Source: Macrostomum lignano
Taxonomy: Eukaryota
Assembly: GCA_002269645.1 (NCBI GenBank)
Contig: NIVC01001200.1
Coordinates: forward strand, 124,001 to 188,000
Length of the DNA: 64,000 nt
Reading direction: 5' to 3'
A program made the position numbers and the translations under genes. A model generated the notes under the pieces. The model was not told the DNA's origin, ran no database searches, and saw nothing but the letters and a program-made list of their open reading frames with translations. Numbering within the stretch: the first letter of the stretch is position 1; each line of letters opens with the position of its first letter. Shown piece by piece: positions 25,731 to 43,213 of this stretch.

Positions 25731-25763
25731 CACAGAATATAGATCTATATTCTATATTCTGTG
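25731..25763. mobile_element. 33-bp P-element end remnant (probable excision footprint)
   Basis: ccattggc [cacagaatataga tctatat tctatattctgtg] ccattggc: 8-bp direct repeat (25723-30, 25764-71) around the first 13 nt of both TIRs of the neighbouring P element. Confidence 0.85.
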
Positions 25764-25975
25764 CCATTGGCTGTAATTGAATTTCACTAATAGAATTTTT
25801 CTTCTGTCACAGACTATTTGCTCTTTCGCCGGGCCTGTTTTCCTGATTCTGGGAAGCCATGCCCGTTGAATGGTGGGGGGAAGTGAATCTGACAGTCTGT
25901 GAGCTTTGCTTTGGTGTGACTAACACACAAGCTGTATGAGCGCATATGGTTTAGGGAAAGGTGAGGTCCTTTGAC

Positions 25976-27159
25976 CACAGAATATAGACAGAATGGCCGA
26001 TCAGCCCTCTCGCAGAAAAATCTGCCGCAAAAAGTATTTGCATATTTAGCTACTTTTGTGGTGAAGAAAGATAGTAGTCACTTATACTTACTCGTATGCG
26101 GCTCGGAAAGGTTCTGCCATAGACGACTGAGACTGCGAGTAGCAGCAGCCGATGCCATAGAATATACAGTATATTCCGTGGCAGCGGCTGCTGCTATTGA
26201 CATTAATAAGGCAGTGATTGGCAGCAACGAAGGCATTAACAGAGACAACTTTAACATTATGACAGCATAAAGAAGGCAATGCGCTGCTTATGGTTGCCAG
26301 AATTACACAAACAAATGTCCTGCACAAACGAGATTTCATCGTTTCCCAGAAAACCGTGAAAGGTATGTTCATGTACATGCGTGACTTGCCTGCTATTGCC
26401 ACACAGTCATTCACTGAAACCTAACTACTGTAGGTGTGAAGATTGGGCTCGGCGCATTTTCCGATCAGACCTCTTGGGCAAGAAAAACGAAGCGAGGTGG
26501 AAGAACGCTGTCGTGTGCAGCCACCATTTTCCCGACAGCATGTACGTGTGTCCTGACCAGAGACATGAGCCTGGGGTCAGACTGATGCCCACGGCATACC
26601 CGACGCTCCAGCTGTACAAAGAAACAGCAGAACCTTACCGCTGCAGTTAACAGAATGGGACTCACGCTTTCCGGCATCGTGTGTGACCAGGAGTCTACTC
26701 AGTGGCAGTGCTTGCGACAGTTAGGGGCGAATCCTGATCGCCCTTCCGTGTGCATCGAAGTAGACGGAGTTCAGTCACTGATTCCAGCTTAAATCGATGT
26801 TCCTCATTGCTTAAAGAACATGCGAAATGCTCTGCATAAGCATTGCATTGAACTTGATTATAGAGGCACTCGAAAAACTGCAAACTGGGCAGATATCGTT
26901 GCTGTGGCTCAAGTAGAACTAGGAAAGCCTGGAATCAATCATTAATCAGCCTAGGCACTGCCAAACCTGTTAATTTTAAATTCTGAAGCAGTATCTAAGT
27001 TTATAGAATCATACGCAGAGTCAACATATATTATAAATATATATATGCATATCGAATTTTCATAACTACTGCTCCGCTTCACCACAAAAGTAGTTTGTTT
27101 GCATATTAATTTCCAAACATCCCGCGACAGCCGATCGGGCATTCTGTCTATATTCTGTG
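25976..27159 (+). mobile_element. Internally deleted, non-autonomous P-element (THAP9-like) DNA transposon, 1184 bp
   Basis: 30-bp TIRs (cacagaatatagacagaatggccgatcagc, 28/30 match) and 8-bp TSD cctttgac (25968-75, 27160-67). Contains THAP-coding exons and a transposase core fragment. Confidence 0.93.
26259..26945 (+). pseudogene. THAP domain + P-transposase catalytic fragment, inactivated
   Basis: MTA*RRQCAAYGCQN..FHRFPENRE | intron 26363-26433 | RCEDWARRI..VVCSHHFP..AYPTL (C2CH THAP). Then GLTLSGIVCDQES..LG....*IDVPHCLKNMRNAL..ANWADIV, the P-transposase core. Several in-frame stops. Confidence 0.85.
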
Positions 27160-27739
27160 CCTTTGACTGCCTCTGTGTGCTCCGATCTCCATAACCGGTA
27201 TTGAAGTCTATATTATAAGCTTAATTGACTGTGCCATCTACTTTTCAATGTTGACTTAGCGCGATAATGTACTTTTTGCATGGGAAAAATCACACTGCAG
27301 CGCCTACCTGGCCAAGTAAAGCTTGGACTGCTGACTACCTTGAACAGCCTTACCGAGACAACCTTTATCAACTCTGTGCTCTTTTCTTCATAAATTGTTA
27401 ACTCTTTATTTCATTTTCTCTCTAACGGAAAGTCGGTTTGCTTGGCATTTAGTTCTGCCTGATTTTCTAATTGGATTTCTGGTGGTACGAGCTACTTCGA
27501 ATTCCTTCACCTTTTAACTTGCTTTTGCATGGCTCAATTTTTACGTAACGTTTTAAATCGAGTTTTATTCTGTCTTAAGAAAACAATAAATAGCCTTTGA
27601 TTGGAGGTGACTTTCTCCATTTTTTCAAATTCAATGATAACAGAACCCAATTTAACTGGCGTTTTCACGTGTCTTGAAATCAGCTTGAGCAATTATGTTA
27701 CTTTAAATAGGCCGATGGCGCCAACTTCTAGACTTGGGC

Positions 27740-28055
27740 TACCTGCCTGTCTCTCTAGACTGTCTAATTTCCAGCTTGCACTGTCTGTCTCTCTAGACTG
27801 TCTGTAATTTCCAGCTTGCACTGTCTGTCTCTCTAGACTGTCTGTAATTTCCAGCTTGCACTGCCTGTCTCTCTAGACTGTCTGTAATTTCCAGCTTGCA
27901 CTGTCTGCCTGCCTGTCTCTCTAGACTGTCTGTAATTTCCAGCTTGCACTGTCTGTCTCTCTAGACTGTCTGTAATTTCCAGCTTGCACTGCCTGTCTCT
28001 CTAGACTGTCTGTAATTTCCAGCTTGCACTGTCTGCCTGCCTGTCTCTCTAGTCT
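27740..28055. repeat. ~40/48-bp tandem repeat (gtctctctagactgtctgtaatttccagcttgcactgtct)
   Basis: Tandem units visible. Confidence 0.93.
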
Positions 28056-28349
28056 AAATTTTAGTAACAGATTTGTGATAAAACTAAGAAAACAAATATC
28101 GCGCTTTGCAGTTTGAATACGCCTGTGGTTGTTTTATTTTTAGAGAAAATAGGAGCCATCAATCCATTTGTAACGCTTAGTGTTTGGTTCTTGGGGTTGA
28201 TTACAAAATTTAAATCAAGTCAAATTATGCACAATAGCTAAGTGATGCGAGCACAGCTGTCACTCGTATATCTGTCGCATCGCGCGTTCATTTAAATAAA
28301 TATCTTTCAAAAGAAAAAAAATTCGGCAAATTGGAATAATTTTTTACGG

Positions 28350-30107
28350 TCAAACGCTTTCATTGTCTGTGGGACAGACTGCATTTCTGGTGAAGCAGCT
28401 TTTGAAGCAGCAGAAGAAGCCACGCCTGCCGCTCTCGCCTCCGTCAACGCCGCTGCTTCGAGCATCCAGGAGGTCCGCCGCGCTTTCCGCTTCAATTTGC
28501 ATCATAGCCGTCTTTGCCTCCTCTTCGGACTGCAGACGCTGCAGCGGCAGCTCCCCACTTGCAGGAGCTTCCTGATTTTCTTCGCTCGTCGGCCCTTGCT
28601 GCTGGTACTTGGTGCTGCGCCGCATCTTCTCCTTGTTGAGCTGCTTCGCTGTTGGCGAAGCCTGACCGTTGGTTGCTTCAGGCCCGCGCCGCCGTCGGTT
28701 GCTGTTGAGGTTCAGCCAATCTGGTGTCTCATCTGACGCCTCTGTGGCACCCGATGTTGGTTCTTCTGAAGCCGCCAGGCTCTCCAGTTTCCGCTTCAAC
28801 TCTTCGTACTTTATGCTGCGGTCTTTGCTTACTGGGGGTGCCGGCTGACTGGCTGAGGATTCCTTCACATTTGGTTCGCTTTCAACTCGCTGAGTTGGCG
28901 AGTCCTCAGCAGCTTTGGCCTCCTCAATGTCATTATCGATTTTGCCTGACGGAATTTCAGTTTCCGGATCTTGGTTAGCTTTGTAAGTATCTCCATTGCC
29001 GCTATCATGTTCTGGTTTGCTTGTTGTTTGTTCTTGCTCGCATTCCTGGTTGTTTCTTTCAGTAGTATCCTCATCAATCGCTTGCTCTTCATCTCCAGTA
29101 GCGTCTCTGCCGTCTCTTTGTATGTTTTCATACGCATCCTCAGCTTCGCGGTTTTCTTGGTCATTGTAGCCGGCATGCTCACCAGCTTTCCTTTCAATTG
29201 CCTTATTGCTCGAGTCTGCCCGTTTCTCTTCATTTTCATGTCCTATCGGACGATCAGCTGCTTCTTCGTCACTTCTGCCTTCATCATCAGACTTTGCCTC
29301 TCCGTCACTCTTGCCTTCATCAAACTTTGCTTCTCCGTCACTTCTACCTTCATCATCAGACTCTGCTTCTCCGTCATTTCTGCCTTCATCATCAGACTTT
29401 GCTTCTTCGTCACTTGCTGCATGATCTTCTTCAGCCGTGTCTAACTCTGGTTCGCAAATTATCGGCAGTCTGGTTGGTGCTCCCCCCGGCTCTGCAGCAC
29501 CCTGGGCTTCGCTTCTTAGTTCGTTCGTTGGAGAGTGACATTGATTTTCTGACCCAGTCTCTGTAGTTGCAGCATCGGCATTTAATTCACTGGCGGCTGC
29601 AGCGTCTTGGTAGTCCGCTGGTTCTGCTGTTTCTTCCACGTCTGCCGCTGTGCTGCTGACATCGGGAGTTTGAGCATCGGTGTTCTGCTCTTCTGGCTTA
29701 GCTGGTGCACTTTCAGACGCAGCCGCATCTGCTGCTTTACCTGAAATATTTTCCATTTCCTCAGCCTTCCAGCTGTCCTGCGACTCTTGGCTTTCATAAT
29801 CAATCTTAGACTTGTCCTCTCTCGTCTTTTTCCCGTTCTTCATTTCCTGCAGCTTTGGGCTGTCCGCCTCTGCTGAGTTGTCTTCCGGTTGGGCCGAAGG
29901 AAACTCGAACGAGACTCGACTGTTGCGCTTGCGCACTTTCTTCTTGCCGCCAAACGCGGTCGGAGGGTCCTGCGGCTGCGGACTGGCTCTGTCGGGCACG
30001 TTCTCCACCTGATTGTCGCCTTGCAGAAACGACTCAAACTGCTCAGCCGCCTCGGACTGAGCCTCTTGCAATACCGCCTCGGCCATGGCTTCCGCCTGCT
30101 CTTCCAT
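28350..30107 (-). CDS. Uncharacterised acidic, probably disordered protein (585 aa) with SDDEGRSDGEAK repeats and a C-terminal Cys cluster
   Basis: Uninterrupted ATG-initiated 1758-nt ORF, E/A/S/D-rich; no domain recognised; exon structure not confirmed. Confidence 0.65.
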   Translation of the reverse strand: MEEQAEAMAEAVLQEAQSEAAEQFESFLQGDNQVENVPDRASPQPQDPPTAFGGKKKVRKRNSRVSFEFPSAQPEDNSAEADSPKLQEMKNGKKTREDKSKIDYESQESQDSWKAEEMENISGKAADAAASESAPAKPEEQNTDAQTPDVSSTAADVEETAEPADYQDAAAASELNADAATTETGSENQCHSPTNELRSEAQGAAEPGGAPTRLPIICEPELDTAEEDHAASDEEAKSDDEGRNDGEAESDDEGRSDGEAKFDEGKSDGEAKSDDEGRSDEEAADRPIGHENEEKRADSSNKAIERKAGEHAGYNDQENREAEDAYENIQRDGRDATGDEEQAIDEDTTERNNQECEQEQTTSKPEHDSGNGDTYKANQDPETEIPSGKIDNDIEEAKAAEDSPTQRVESEPNVKESSASQPAPPVSKDRSIKYEELKRKLESLAASEEPTSGATEASDETPDWLNLNSNRRRRGPEATNGQASPTAKQLNKEKMRRSTKYQQQGPTSEENQEAPASGELPLQRLQSEEEAKTAMMQIEAESAADLLDARSSGVDGGESGRRGFFCCFKSCFTRNAVCPTDNESV

Positions 30108-31495
30108 GCTGTGCTGCTCCGTTATCTCTGACCGTCGGGGAACTGCGGAACGCTTTTTTACTCTGAAACTCTGCCGGGCGATGGAGACGCACGGAGCTCA
30201 GTTGCCTTGACAACCGAGATGCCCCTCCCCCTTTCCTCCAGCCTAACCTATGCTAGCCCTATGCCTTGGCTAGCGGCTGGTTTTCAGATCGCTAAATGAA
30301 TAATTAATGCACGAGAAAACGCGCTACGTACGAAGCACAGATAAGACCAACGCAGAGCAGCGGCCGCGCTGCGCCCATCACCGGAGTTGCGGCCTGTTTC
30401 ACATTGGTAGTCTGCCTGGCTGGCCCAGTGCTGGCTTTAATGCTTCTAGGAATCACCGGATTTACTGGGTCTGAGAATAAAGACTCAAATGTACTCGTTT
30501 GGATGCCGTAAGGCCTACTTACTGGTGGGCTAAGTACTTTTTATCCAGATTCAGTATGCTGGATTCAAATTTAATTCAAAGTTATCGCTGAACGGGCGCT
30601 CCAGACTGCTTGATTCTGCAATATAATTAAAGAACTCGGGCTTAGACCACCAGGCCCAAAGTACCTCTATAATATGATAGCACAGTTGCGTGCGCAAAAT
30701 ATAAATTATTACTTTTTTATTAAAGTGCTCGATTTCAAAGCCCCATCCAGGCGCACACAGAGGCTGCCCAATTGAGCTCGCAAAGTCCTGAGCGGGAGGG
30801 GGTGGGTTAACTATGACCGGATGCTCCGAGTGGCCTCCGCCACTTGCACGCAGCTGCCTCAGTTGTGATGCACAGCTTCCGGCATCGGTCTGAGCTGGCT
30901 GGGTTTTTTGAAGAATATCGACAGAAAAAATGCGGTCTGCGCTCTCAGCCGACACTGCTTTCCGGACACTCACGACAATTTGAGCTGATGAGCTATCAAT
31001 CAACAGTTTGCCCGAATCTTGGCTCGTAAAAATTTAAAACAGTTTACAAGGCCTGATTGATATCCCAGCTCTCTTGAACCGAGTTATTTTCCAACTAAAT
31101 CGCCATAAATCTCAGGCCTGGCTTATAGGTTTATTCGAATAAAGAAATCATTTTCTCACAAAGCTAAATAGCTGCGCCAGGCCAGACTGCCTGCCTGGGC
31201 TCTGCGGCGCAAACTAACGAAGGGCCTTGCTTGGAAGCCGGGAAAGGCAGAAAGACAGATAAACTGGAGAAGAATGAATTCCCGTCTGGCGTGGAAGATA
31301 GACGATCTTTCATAAGCTGTGAAGGCGCCGCTCTCTCATTGGGCTTTGGTTTTCCCAGCACTCTGAGCTTCAGGCTGAGGCTGGGGCAGCAAATGAGGCT
31401 GCGGGGAGTCTGGAAACGATTTATTTGCGTGAGGGACTTTGGACTCTGGCCGCTTCAAACCAACAGCTCACACACCGTTTCAACGCCGCCAGACC

Positions 31496-33364
31496 ATGGG
31501 CATCAAGTCCTCGAAGCTGAGCCCTCGTGAGCTCCGCGACCTCACGCAGCAGACGCAGTTCACCGAGGCCGAGCTGCAGAGCTGGTACCGCGGCTTCCTC
31601 AAGGACTGCCCGAGCGGTCAGCTCACCCGGTCGGAGTTCCAGCGCATCTACGCCAGCTTCTTCCCCAACGGCGACGCCACCAGATTCGCCGCGCACGTCT
31701 TCCGCACCTTTGACCGGGACGGGAACGATCGGATCGACTTTCGGGAGTTCGTCTGCGCCCTGAGCGTCACCTCGAGAGGCAGCCTGGAGCAGAAGCTCAC
31801 GTGGGCCTTCGCTATGTACGACCTTGATGGCGACGGGTTCATCAGCCGTCAGGAGATGCTGGAGATCGTGCGCGTGCGTTGGAGTATCAGAGTGTTTGTG
31901 CAGCATTTCTATGGCCACTAGTGTTTTTCAGGCTTAAGGCTTAAGGAGCGAGTCAAAACTTCATCGAAGAGTCCCCGTTTCGAGTTAAAAGCATTTGTAA
32001 AGATAGTTTTTCTTTTTGTTATATTAAACTGATCACATTATCACAGGTAATTTGGCTAGTACGTGTTCGATTGGGGGTATGAGCCAACTCATGGAGATCC
32101 AGTTAGCGATCAACATTCACCAGTCTTTAGGTTTTAACAAAGTAGCTAATCAACTACCGTCTCGGGGCAAACGCACACTCGCAGAACGCTCTTGAGAAGT
32201 CGCGATACCAGGAAAATAGCAAAAGTTACTCGTAGTTTTCGAAGCAGAAGATTCCTATCTAGCCCATTTAGTTTAAAAAACATATTTCAAGTCTTTCATG
32301 AAATTACCGTAGCTTCACAGAGATGCATAATAAACTTATCAAGTGTAAAGTGCCCAAAGAACAAGCTGAGCTAAACTGATTGATTTAATTCCACCAACTT
32401 GCCCAACTTGGCCAAGTGTCCAAACAGAAATGGATGGATTAGATTAGCAAAACTCGCACAGGGAAAATTGCCACACCCGAGGTCAAAATTATCCTAGCAA
32501 ACATCAAGGAAAGTGTTCTGTAAACTCGGCCGAAATCGTGAACTCAAATGCAATCGTGTGTTTGCGTACAGACTCATTAATCCTAATGGGCATCCAGGCG
32601 TTGTGTGATAAAGCCATGACAGATTAGTCATGAATTAGAGATGCATTAAGAAGTACTAACCAACAGCTACTGAGGCTGTTTGTAATATAATTTTAGCCAT
32701 TCGAACAGAACCTTTTAACCCCTTAGCATTGACATCCAAGCAATTCCCCCATCAGCCTTGACATCTCCGCAATTCCACTCGTAAGACATCATAACTTTAC
32801 TTTCATTGCTAAATATCTTCAATTTCGATCTTGAGAAACTGGGCCTCGGCAAAATTCGAAGTGTTACGCGCTTTAATTAGCTGTGCTCCTTTGCCAAATG
32901 CCCGCTGCAGCTCACTCAAATTTCAGTTCGGGCAAAAATCACTTTTTCTGAATCGAATCTGCGCTGCTCTAAGCGGATCGAGACCCGCGACTCTTCTCAA
33001 ATCGCTCCGGTTCCGCTCAGATTACCTTACCCCCGAATCCACTTGCCTGCTATCCGACTCCCTGACTTCCTTTCATTAATTCGGCAAAACCCGAGTTAGC
33101 TGGGTGTCACATTTCTGAGATTTTTTTAGTCTCCTCAAGCCCTTCATCCGCCATCCGCAGGCGATCTACAGCATGATGGGCGCCGTCTCCGACATACCGG
33201 AGGACGAGCTGACGCCGGAGAAGCGGACGGACAAAATCTTCGGCCAGATGGACCGCAACCTGGACGGCCGGCTGTCTGTCGAAGAGTTTATCGACGGGGC
33301 GAAGTCGGACCCGAGCATCGTGCGGCTGCTGCAGCCCGGCGAGGCCGGCGGCGCTGACGACTGA
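31496..33364 (+). CDS. NCALD: Neuronal calcium sensor, neurocalcin/hippocalcin-like (193 aa)
   Basis: Exons 31496-31873 and 33161-33364. MGIKSS myristoylation motif, [14 protein letters not shown]-hands [39 protein letters not shown], then [12 protein letters not shown]. Symbol indicates family-level similarity (NCALD/HPCAL), not proven orthology. Confidence 0.93.
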
Positions 33365-35544
33365 CCGGCGGAAGCGCCCTGCGGAGCAGTTTTTGAGTCC
33401 ATTCAAAAGCGATAACTCTATAGGTTTATATAGTGCAATCATAGCCAACATTGCTATTGCAACTGCTTCAGTCGTTGTCATTATATTACAGTGGAAGCCC
33501 TCCCTCTCTACATTGGTTCTGCGCCAGAAAGGGGCAACACATGGTGGCACTCCAAAATCGTCAATTTTTTGAGTGCATGTCAGCAAGCAGCATTTGAGAC
33601 CTTTGAGACGCTGAGCCGGCGCTGTGCACCCTGTGTGAGCGTACAGTATTGACACCTTTCATGTGCTCAGGAGCCAGTGAAACGGGCAGAATTGTCGTCA
33701 AAGTCGTCGCGTCAATAATTATTGAATATTTTGAAATTAACAACCGTTTTGCAGAACTCTCCGAGAAACCAAACGTCAGTTGTGGACCCTCGAAAAATTA
33801 CTATTTGACATATTCTGTTTATTACGATGCGAAGTCAAAAGTTTGCCCCGACTGTCCCGGAATTTAACCTGCACAACCTGCCGTGCCGTGCTTAGTCTCG
33901 GTAGATCTGTTAATACAAGGTACTCGTAGTTCTTTTGAAAGCAGAGAGTTGCGCTTGCGGTTTTGCTTCTATGTTAACTGAGAGCGTATTCAATTCCGAT
34001 GTACATTTTATTCTATTAATCTCACGTAACGCCTTAACATACTTCTAGATGGCGTCAAGTCAAGTCCTAATGCCATTCTGAGTTGTCTATAACTGAAATT
34101 TCCCCTTAAGTTTTCCTACCATAAATTACGCTCGTAAAACAAAAATTCAATAGTGAATCTCAGTAATCCAATAAGAAAAAATCTGTAAGCAAAGCTATTT
34201 GCTACCTGTCTACCTATCAATCGTTTGAAATATATCTGAAGCCAAGGACCATTCAAACAGTCCCCGTCTAAAACCATTATAAACTGAACGCAATCAGACC
34301 TATAATACTTTTTCTGAAAAAGGGAAACTGATGTGCACTTTGTGATCCAATCAAGCTTGCTGTACACTTGAGTTTCCAATCCTGGATGCAGAGCGTACTT
34401 TAAGGATTTATCAGATGAAGCAGTTACCGTCCGTAGATGTTGGTTATCAGAATTTACAGAACGATTACTGATGCATGAAGTTCATACAGAAATGCACGCG
34501 TGTTTGTCCCTACGAGTATCCGCGATGTTCTGCGACACGGAGCTGTGACCGACATTCCGTCCCGCCCTCAAACCATGCACCTGTTTGCATGCCGCCCCAG
34601 CAGCAGCGTCTCCGTCTTGAGGCTGCCTACCTCCGGGCGCTGTTTTCAATTTTCTTTTCTTCATCTTGGCAGTTCGGAGCCGGCAGCTGCCCCCTCCCCC
34701 CCGTCTCCGGGCCCGCGAGTTTGTTTGCTCAGCACTCGAGGCTCACCGTCCAAATCCAATAAGTCCCGGACACCACGGGATTTCTAGGAAAGCAGCCGCG
34801 CCCGGGCCTGGCCAGTTATCTCATTGCGGATGGAGACGTGACGAATCCTCCGATCCGTTTTTGTGCCCCGCCGCTAGTCGAGAAGCCAATAAGCCGGGGA
34901 CAGGCGGAGCTCCCATTCAGCTCCGGTGGGCGCTAATGTCTCCAGACTTTTGAATCATTGGCACGATGCTGGAACACTGGATCGGGCATTGATTTGCGCT
35001 CTCATTCGAGAATTTGTTTCATTAAAGGCCTGTGCGTGTCTATACGTGTTAAATCAGTGCTGAGGATGCTCAAAAAAGTTGGCATACTTGCAAAGACAAA
35101 AATTTAGCCATATCCGAGTTTTCTGTCCTAACAAAGTGCTTGTGACCTAGAGATAGATTTTTTCTAGTAAAAATGGCAATCATGGCAAATGGTAAAATTA
35201 GTAAAACACAAAGTACCGTTTTGCCAGTGTGTCTTTTCTCGGATGAGCCAAATCCAGCTCTGTGTGTCATTTGGCCCGACATTTCACTCTTAAGGCCGGT
35301 TCAAATTACATCCAGTAGCTCTGCTAGTTCAAGATTACTCAAATCAATGCACACTTGGTAACACTGACTCGAACCTTCTTCGCAGAGCTGCTGGCATGAA
35401 TGTGAACCGGCCTTTTCCACCTTTACACGTCTACGCCAGCCTCACCCTTAAGTCTTCTATTCCCCTCCCGTAAAGCTCCAAGGTAGCTCCATCGACTGGG
35501 CCCTGTCTGCTTTAGAGGCTATGCATCTGTGCTTCGCTTTTCGA

Positions 35545-37215
35545 GATGCCATTTCATTTAAGTGGGTGCCATTTCATTTGAGTGGGTGCCATTTCATTCG
35601 AGTGGGTGCCATTTTATTTGAGTGGGTGCCATTTCATTCGAGTGGGGTGCCACTTCATTTGAGTTGGTGCTATTTCATTCGAGTGGGTGCCATCTATTTT
35701 GAGTGGGTGCCATTTCATTTGAGTGGGTGCCATTTTATTCGAGTGGGGTGCCATTTCATTTGATTGGGTGTCATTTCATTCGAGTGGGTGCCATTTCATT
35801 CGAGTGGGTGCCACTTCATTTGGTTAGGTGTCATTTCATTCGAGTGGGTGCCACTTCATTTGATTGGTTGTCATTTCATTCGAGTGGGTGCCATGTCATT
35901 CGAGTGGGTGCCATTTCATTCGAGTGGGGTGCCAATTCATTTGAGTTGGTGCTATTTCATTCGAGTGGGTGCCATCTATTTTGAGTGGGTGCCATTTCAT
36001 TTGAGTGGGTGCCATTTTATTCGAGTGGGGTGCCACTTCATTTGATTGGGTGTCATTTCATTCGAGTGGGTGCCATTTCATTCGAGTGGGTGCCATTTCA
36101 TTCGAGTGGGTGCCATTTTATTCGAGTGGGGTGCCACTTCATTTGATTGGGTGTCATTTCATTCGAGTGGGTGCCATTTCATTCGAGTGGGTGCCATTTC
36201 ATTCGAGTGGGTGCCATTTCATTCGAGTGGGTGCCATTTCATTTGAGTAGGGTGCCACTTCATTTGAGTGGGTGCCATTTCATTCGAGTGGGTGCCATTT
36301 TATTTGAGTGGGTGCCATTTCATTCGAGTGGGGTGCCACTTCATTTGAGTTGGTGCTATTTCATTCGAGTGGGTGCCATCTATTTTGAGTGGGTGCCATT
36401 TCATTTGAGTGGGTGCCATTTTATTCGAGTGGGGTGCCACTTCATTTGATTGGGTGTCATTTCATTCGAGTGGGTGCCATTTCATTCGAGTGGGTGCCAT
36501 TTCATTCGAGTGGGTGCCATTTCATTCGAGTGGGTGCCATTTCATTTGAGTAGGGTGCCACTTCATTTGAGTGGGTGCCATTTCATTCGAGTGGGTGCCA
36601 TTTTATTTGAGTGGGTGCCATTTCATTCGAGTGGGGTGCCACTTCATTTGAGTTGGTGCTATTTCATTCGAGTGGGTGCCATCTATTTTGAGTGGGTGCC
36701 ATTTCATTTGAGTGGGTGCCATTTTATTCGAGTGGGGTGCCACTTCATTTGATTGGGTGTCATTTCATTCGAGTGGGTGCCATTTCATTCGAGTGGGTGC
36801 CATTTCATTCGAGTGGGTGCCATTTCATTCGAGTGGGTGCCATTTCATTTGAGTAGGGTGCCACTTCATTTGAGTGGGTGCCATTTCATTCGAGTGGGTG
36901 CCATTTTATTTGAGTGGGTGCCATTTCATTCGAGTGGGGTGCCACTTCATTTGAGTTGGTGCTATTTCATTCGAGTGGGTGCCATCTATTTTGAGTGGGT
37001 GCCATTTCATTTGAGTGGGTGCCATTTTATTCGAGTGGGGTGCCACTTCATTTGATTGGGTGTCATTTCATTTGAGTGGGTGCCATTTCATTCGCGTGGG
37101 TGCCATTTCATTCGAGTGGGTGCCATTTCATTCGAGTGGGTGCCACTTCATTTGATTGGGTGTCATTTCATTCGAGTGGGTGCCATTTCATTCGAGTGGG
37201 TGCCATTTCATTCAA
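35545..37215. repeat. ~20-bp minisatellite (gggtgccatttcattcgagt) with a 303-bp higher-order repeat
   Basis: Identical 100-aa pseudo-ORFs at 36147, 36450 and 36753, next start at 37056: exact 303-bp spacing. Confidence 0.97.
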
Positions 37216-37747
37216 ATGGCGCCAGCACCAGGGACGCCAAAGCTATACTGTCAAGGGGTGCCATGTACTTTTGACTGTGGGTTAATGGAGTGGGGCGTGG
37301 AGTTTTGAAGTCAAGCAAATAAATCTTCTGTCTCAAAGCCAGAGTAGAAGTTTCCCTGTTTGCAGTGAAACTTTTTGCAGGGTAAAGGCCAGTTCACATT
37401 CCCGCTAGTAACTCGATGGATTAAAGATTGTTCAAATCAATGTGCTGTTGATTATAAAACTGACCGATTTTAAAACTGACTGACAGAAAGTTAGTTGAAA
37501 AAAAGGTATTGATAGACATTTTAGTTTATTTCATTTTTGATTCATTCATAAAAGCTGAATTCAAAGCTCATAAAAATTTCAAAACTAAGTTGAGTTTACG
37601 TCGAGTTCCTGGAGAGAAAGTCACCGAAGTTATGCCATCCTGAATTTCCTAAGATCTTGTGTTTCTAGTGCTTCAATAAGGCTTTGTACGGCATTTCGCT
37701 CGTAGCTACTCAACAGATCCTTCAGCCTGAGCCTTGCCAGGCCTCTC

Positions 37748-43213
<5,466 letters not shown>

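Noticed and set aside
26156-26180. Second P-like footprint (catagaatatac agtatattccgtg) inside the element
   Set aside because: Imperfect match to the TIR and no matching 8-bp TSD; more likely an internal TIR-like or transposase-binding motif.
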